Of a DNA stretch of 64,000 nucleotides, positions 58,771-64,000 are shown in pieces. Below the pieces are notes generated by a model. That model was not told the origin of the DNA and ran no database searches. It worked only from the letters and a program-made list of their open reading frames with translations. Position 1 is the stretch's first letter, and every line of letters starts with the position of its first letter. This DNA comes from Acidobacteriota bacterium (GTDB lineage: Bacteria > Acidobacteriota > UBA890 > WLXD01): assembly GCA_965248695.1 (NCBI GenBank), contig CBDFKD010000002.1, forward strand, positions 5,472,001 to 5,536,000. Direction: 5' to 3'. Both the position numbers and the translations under genes were made by a program.

Positions 58771-60039
58771 TTGGCTCAGATACGAGAGGTCACGGTCCCG
58801 GACATCGGCGACTTCGACGACGTCGAGGTCGTCGAGCTCCTGGTCGGCGCCGGCGATACCGTTGCGGCGGATCAGTCGCTGATCACCCTCGAGAGCGACA
58901 AGGCCTCGATGGAGGTACCGTCGCCGGTGGCCGGGGTGGTCGTTGATCTCCGCGTCGCGGTGGGCGACAGCGTTGCCGAGGGCCACGTCATCTTGACCCT
59001 CCAAGCATCCGGGACCGGGCCCGACGACGAGGCCTCGGCCGGTGCCGATCCGTTCAGCACATTCCGCCAGGAACCGCGGGCGCCTGAACCAGAAACCGTG
59101 TCGCCGGCGCCTCCGCCGCGGGAGCACGCAGCTCCGATTACCGTTGAGTCCGTAGATCCGGCTTCCCTTCCGTGGGCAAGTCCCTCGACGCGCAAGCTGG
59201 CGCGCGATCTCGGCGTCGACATCTCGGCGCTGTCCGGCAGCGGACGCGCTGGACGCCTGACGCGAGCAGATGTCGAGCAAGGTGCGCATCGGACCTCCGG
59301 GTCCCTGCTGCCCGAGATGCCCACCATCGACTTCGCCCAGTTCGGCGAGGTCGAGCTGCAGCCGTTGACGCGGATCCAACGGCTTACCGGTGAGAACCTC
59401 CACCGAGCCTGGCTGCATGTGCCGCACGTGACCCAGTTCGACGAAGCCGACATCACGGAGCTCGAAGCTTTCCGCAAAGCGCACAAGGCCGAGGCCGAGG
59501 AACTGGGCTTCAAGCTCACCTTCGTGAGCTTCATGATCGCCGCCGCAGCCGCCGCGTTGCGCAAGTTCCCGCGCCTCAACTCGTCGCTCGACCCGGTCGG
59601 TGGCAGCCTGGTCGCGAAACGCTACACGCACGTCGGGGTGGCGGTAGACACGCCAAAGGGACTCGTCGTGCCGGTGATCCGCGATGCCGATCAGAAGCGC
59701 GTATTCCAGCTCGCCGAAGAGCTCGCCGAGGTCAGCTCGCGGGCCCGAAACGGCAAGCTCACGCCGACAGACATCCAGGGGGGCAGCTTCACCATCTCCA
59801 GTCTCGGAGGTATTGGCGGCACTGCCTTCACGCCGATCGTCAACGCTCCCGAGGTCGCCATTCTCGGAGTTTCCCGCGCCCGCATGCAGCCGGTCTGGCA
59901 GGACGGGCAATTCGTTCCGCGACTCATGTTGCCGCTGTCGCTTTCTTATGACCATCGGGTCATCGACGGTGCCGCCGCTGCCCGTTTCACGACCTACCTG
60001 TCGAGCGTGCTGTCCGATATTCGCGGCCTGCTGCTGTAG
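58771..60039 (+). CDS. aceF: Dihydrolipoyl acetyltransferase E2
   Basis: One lipoyl domain (ESDKA), ASP..RKLARD E3-binding domain, YDHRVIDGA. Confidence 0.95.
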   Translation: MAQIREVTVPDIGDFDDVEVVELLVGAGDTVAADQSLITLESDKASMEVPSPVAGVVVDLRVAVGDSVAEGHVILTLQASGTGPDDEASAGADPFSTFRQEPRAPEPETVSPAPPPREHAAPITVESVDPASLPWASPSTRKLARDLGVDISALSGSGRAGRLTRADVEQGAHRTSGSLLPEMPTIDFAQFGEVELQPLTRIQRLTGENLHRAWLHVPHVTQFDEADITELEAFRKAHKAEAEELGFKLTFVSFMIAAAAAALRKFPRLNSSLDPVGGSLVAKRYTHVGVAVDTPKGLVVPVIRDADQKRVFQLAEELAEVSSRARNGKLTPTDIQGGSFTISSLGGIGGTAFTPIVNAPEVAILGVSRARMQPVWQDGQFVPRLMLPLSLSYDHRVIDGAAAARFTTYLSSVLSDIRGLLL

Positions 60040-60047
60040 CGAAGCCC

Positions 60048-61835
<1,788 letters not shown>

Positions 61836-61896
61836 CTGGTCACCACCAGCTCCATCTCGTCGCAACGGTTGCCCGACGACGCTGGTCGCCTCGGCG

Positions 61897-64000
61897 CTAC
61901 TCGGGCAGCGTGCCGATGGGCGAGAGCCGCAGCCGTCGCACTTCGATTTCCGGCCTCGGGGTGTCATCGCCGATCCGGACCACGGAGCGCAATCCGCGGC
62001 TCGTCACCGGTGCGGACCCGGGCACCGCACCGGCCACACCGACCACTGCCAGTGTCCGCAGTGGACCGTCCGGAGCCAGCGCACCGACTGCCGCCAAGGC
62101 GCGGATCTCCCCGCTGGCGAGCCTTCGTGCCCGCGATCTGGTGAGCCCGAGGGCAACGACGGCGCCGGGATCGAGCTCGGCGATCAGCCGGCGCAGCGCG
62201 TCCGGCGCAAGGCCGACTCCCGATGGCCAGGTTTGTTTCAGCACTCCTGCAGAATCGGCTATCTCGTACAGTTGCCATCCGTTGCCGGAGCCAATCGCTT
62301 CCCAAATGTCGTTGATCGCCAGGCGTGTTGCGTCCGCCTGCACATCGAGGAGCACGTCGGCGCGAATCTCGCGACCCGTCGAGCCTACGGCCCGTGCATT
62401 CGCCTCTGGTGTCAACTCGTAGGCGCTCTGGAGTCGGATATGGGCGGTGTCATCCCTTTCGGTCTCGAGCGCCGGAGGAACCGGCACCGTGATATCGACC
62501 CATTCGGTGCTCAGAGCCTCACGTTGTGTGCGGCGGTTTCCCCATCGCACCACGAGCGATGCCGTCCGGCCGCTGGCGACCGCCGGAACACGCGCCTGCA
62601 GTCGGACCTCCATGCCGGCGAGCTCTGCCGGCGGGAAACGCCGCAGGATATCGACGCCGCGATCCCAGTCGAGCTTGGGGCGAAATACGAGAATATCGCC
62701 GAAGCGCGTCACCAGATCGACGTTCACACGGTCGTTGAGCATCCAGGATTCGAGATCCGCGAACTCCTCGGGGGTCATCTTGTCGCCGTGCGCCAGCACG
62801 TAGTCGAGCAATGGGTAGTAGCCGCGCAACAACTGGTAAAAGTCGGAATGATCCCTGGTGTTCGCCAGGCGGGTGAACTCGGGCGGAAGGAAGCTTGCGT
62901 AGCCGTTGACCATGCGCGCCCAATGCAATGTCGAGCCGATCAGATAAACGCCCTGATTCCCTGGCCCGCCCAGCGGCATGACCGGTACGTGGAGCACGGT
63001 GGTGTCGGCCGGCTGGGTCGCGAGCCAGTGATCCGCCGGGTTCGCGGCCGGATCGACCGGGACCGAGGGCAGCGGAGCGACGCGGAACTCCACAACGACA
63101 ACGCCGATCAGCAACGCCGTCGCAACAGCGGGGAGCGATGGGCGACGCAGCGACCAACGACGGACGCTCGCCAGCCGCACCAGCGCTGCCTGCAGGACGA
63201 AGCCGCAATACGCGGCAACGAACAGATTCCAGTAAATCCCGAACCGGGCTATGGAACGCATCGCGTCGTAAGCCGGCAGCGTCTGATAGAGGACCCAGTA
63301 CGGACCGCGCCCGAGGTCAGTCTGTCCGGCGTGCACCGTCGGACCGTAGGCCAATACATAGGCAATCAGCGCCAGATATGCCAGCGTCACGAAAGTGCGT
63401 GCCGGACGAACCGCGTGCGGCGTTGCCCAGCGCCACAAGGCCAGCGCCACCGTCGCACTCGGTGCCACCATCAGTGCCGGGTGCGACGAACGGGCTGCCT
63501 GCAGCACCCATTCGGTAGCCAGAGGCCTCCCGGCCCACGCCGCTAGCAGAACGCTGGCGACGTGCAGCCCGGCGAAACCAGCTGTCGTCCAGCAGGCGAT
63601 CTGGAGGAACCGACGCGCTCCGTCGGTCCTCGGGCCAACGGCCGTTGACGGTGCGCTTGTGGCGGTGACGTCGTCGCTCCCGGGCCAGTCGCCGCGCCAC
63701 GCCTTGGGCAGCAGCCACAAAGTACCGACCAATAACAGAAGGTAGACCACCACCCCCGGGAACAGATTTCCCTCGGCCGTGGTGTAGGCCTGCGACAGCG
63801 GCTGCATGTAGCCGGCACGATTGAAGCCCGATGGTGAGATGAACGAGGTCGGCCGCGCCGACAAGGCGGCCAGTATCTCTACGTCATGCGCGAACCCCTC
63901 GGCGGACCGCACCTGCATGTACGGCGCCATTAGCGGAAGAAGGATGACGGCCATCAATGCCCCGGCGATCAGGAGATCGCGCAGCAAACGCGTCGCAGGA
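61897..64000 (-). CDS. Polytopic membrane protein, GT-C/YfhO-like, with extracytoplasmic C-terminal domains (5' end outside window)
   Basis: Frame open to the window end; PY..VR, LSA, E..LFPG, R...RF, H...MVNGYASF.P motifs typical of membrane glycosylation proteins. Confidence 0.7.
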   Translation of the reverse strand, partial: PATRLLRDLLIAGALMAVILLPLMAPYMQVRSAEGFAHDVEILAALSARPTSFISPSGFNRAGYMQPLSQAYTTAEGNLFPGVVVYLLLLVGTLWLLPKAWRGDWPGSDDVTATSAPSTAVGPRTDGARRFLQIACWTTAGFAGLHVASVLLAAWAGRPLATEWVLQAARSSHPALMVAPSATVALALWRWATPHAVRPARTFVTLAYLALIAYVLAYGPTVHAGQTDLGRGPYWVLYQTLPAYDAMRSIARFGIYWNLFVAAYCGFVLQAALVRLASVRRWSLRRPSLPAVATALLIGVVVVEFRVAPLPSVPVDPAANPADHWLATQPADTTVLHVPVMPLGGPGNQGVYLIGSTLHWARMVNGYASFLPPEFTRLANTRDHSDFYQLLRGYYPLLDYVLAHGDKMTPEEFADLESWMLNDRVNVDLVTRFGDILVFRPKLDWDRGVDILRRFPPAELAGMEVRLQARVPAVASGRTASLVVRWGNRRTQREALSTEWVDITVPVPPALETERDDTAHIRLQSAYELTPEANARAVGSTGREIRADVLLDVQADATRLAINDIWEAIGSGNGWQLYEIADSAGVLKQTWPSGVGLAPDALRRLIAELDPGAVVALGLTRSRARRLASGEIRALAAVGALAPDGPLRTLAVVGVAGAVPGSAPVTSRGLRSVVRIGDDTPRPEIEVRRLRLSPIGTLPE

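Overview
GC-rich bacterial chromosomal window, densely coding and mostly housekeeping. The gene content suggests a diderm, possibly Acidobacteriota-like organism (inference only). It contains: a partial secreted FG-GAP propeller protein, LOG/DUF2277, mtaB, tRNA-Gly and tRNA-Cys, yraN-cysS, ribF, a cytochrome c maturation operon (ccmEFH-I-like-X-ABCD, with CxxxY-type CcmE), deoB, moaADE, mutT, dinB, fumC, an ArfA-like BON operon, a cyanophycin cluster (cphB, frameshifted cphA, and an unusual CphA-like protein lacking the ATP-grasp domain), blaI/blaR-HEAT, an ECF sigma/NrsF pair with a Crp/Fnr gene, aceEF-lpdA, and a partial membrane glycosyltransferase-like gene. No transposase, integrase, phage or cas genes were seen. 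The most notable unexplained signals are: (1) four CTAG-bounded ~280-370 bp palindromic elements in two families that share a conserved bulged-hairpin motif, show compensatory changes, and each overlap a neighbouring TAG stop codon; (2) a secreted 6-Cys mini-protein paired with an NHL beta-propeller lipoprotein; (3) the extra N+Mur-only cyanophycin-synthetase paralog; (4) a signal-peptide gene whose nearest canonical start lies inside tRNA-Cys. All calls are from manual motif reading; no database searches were run.
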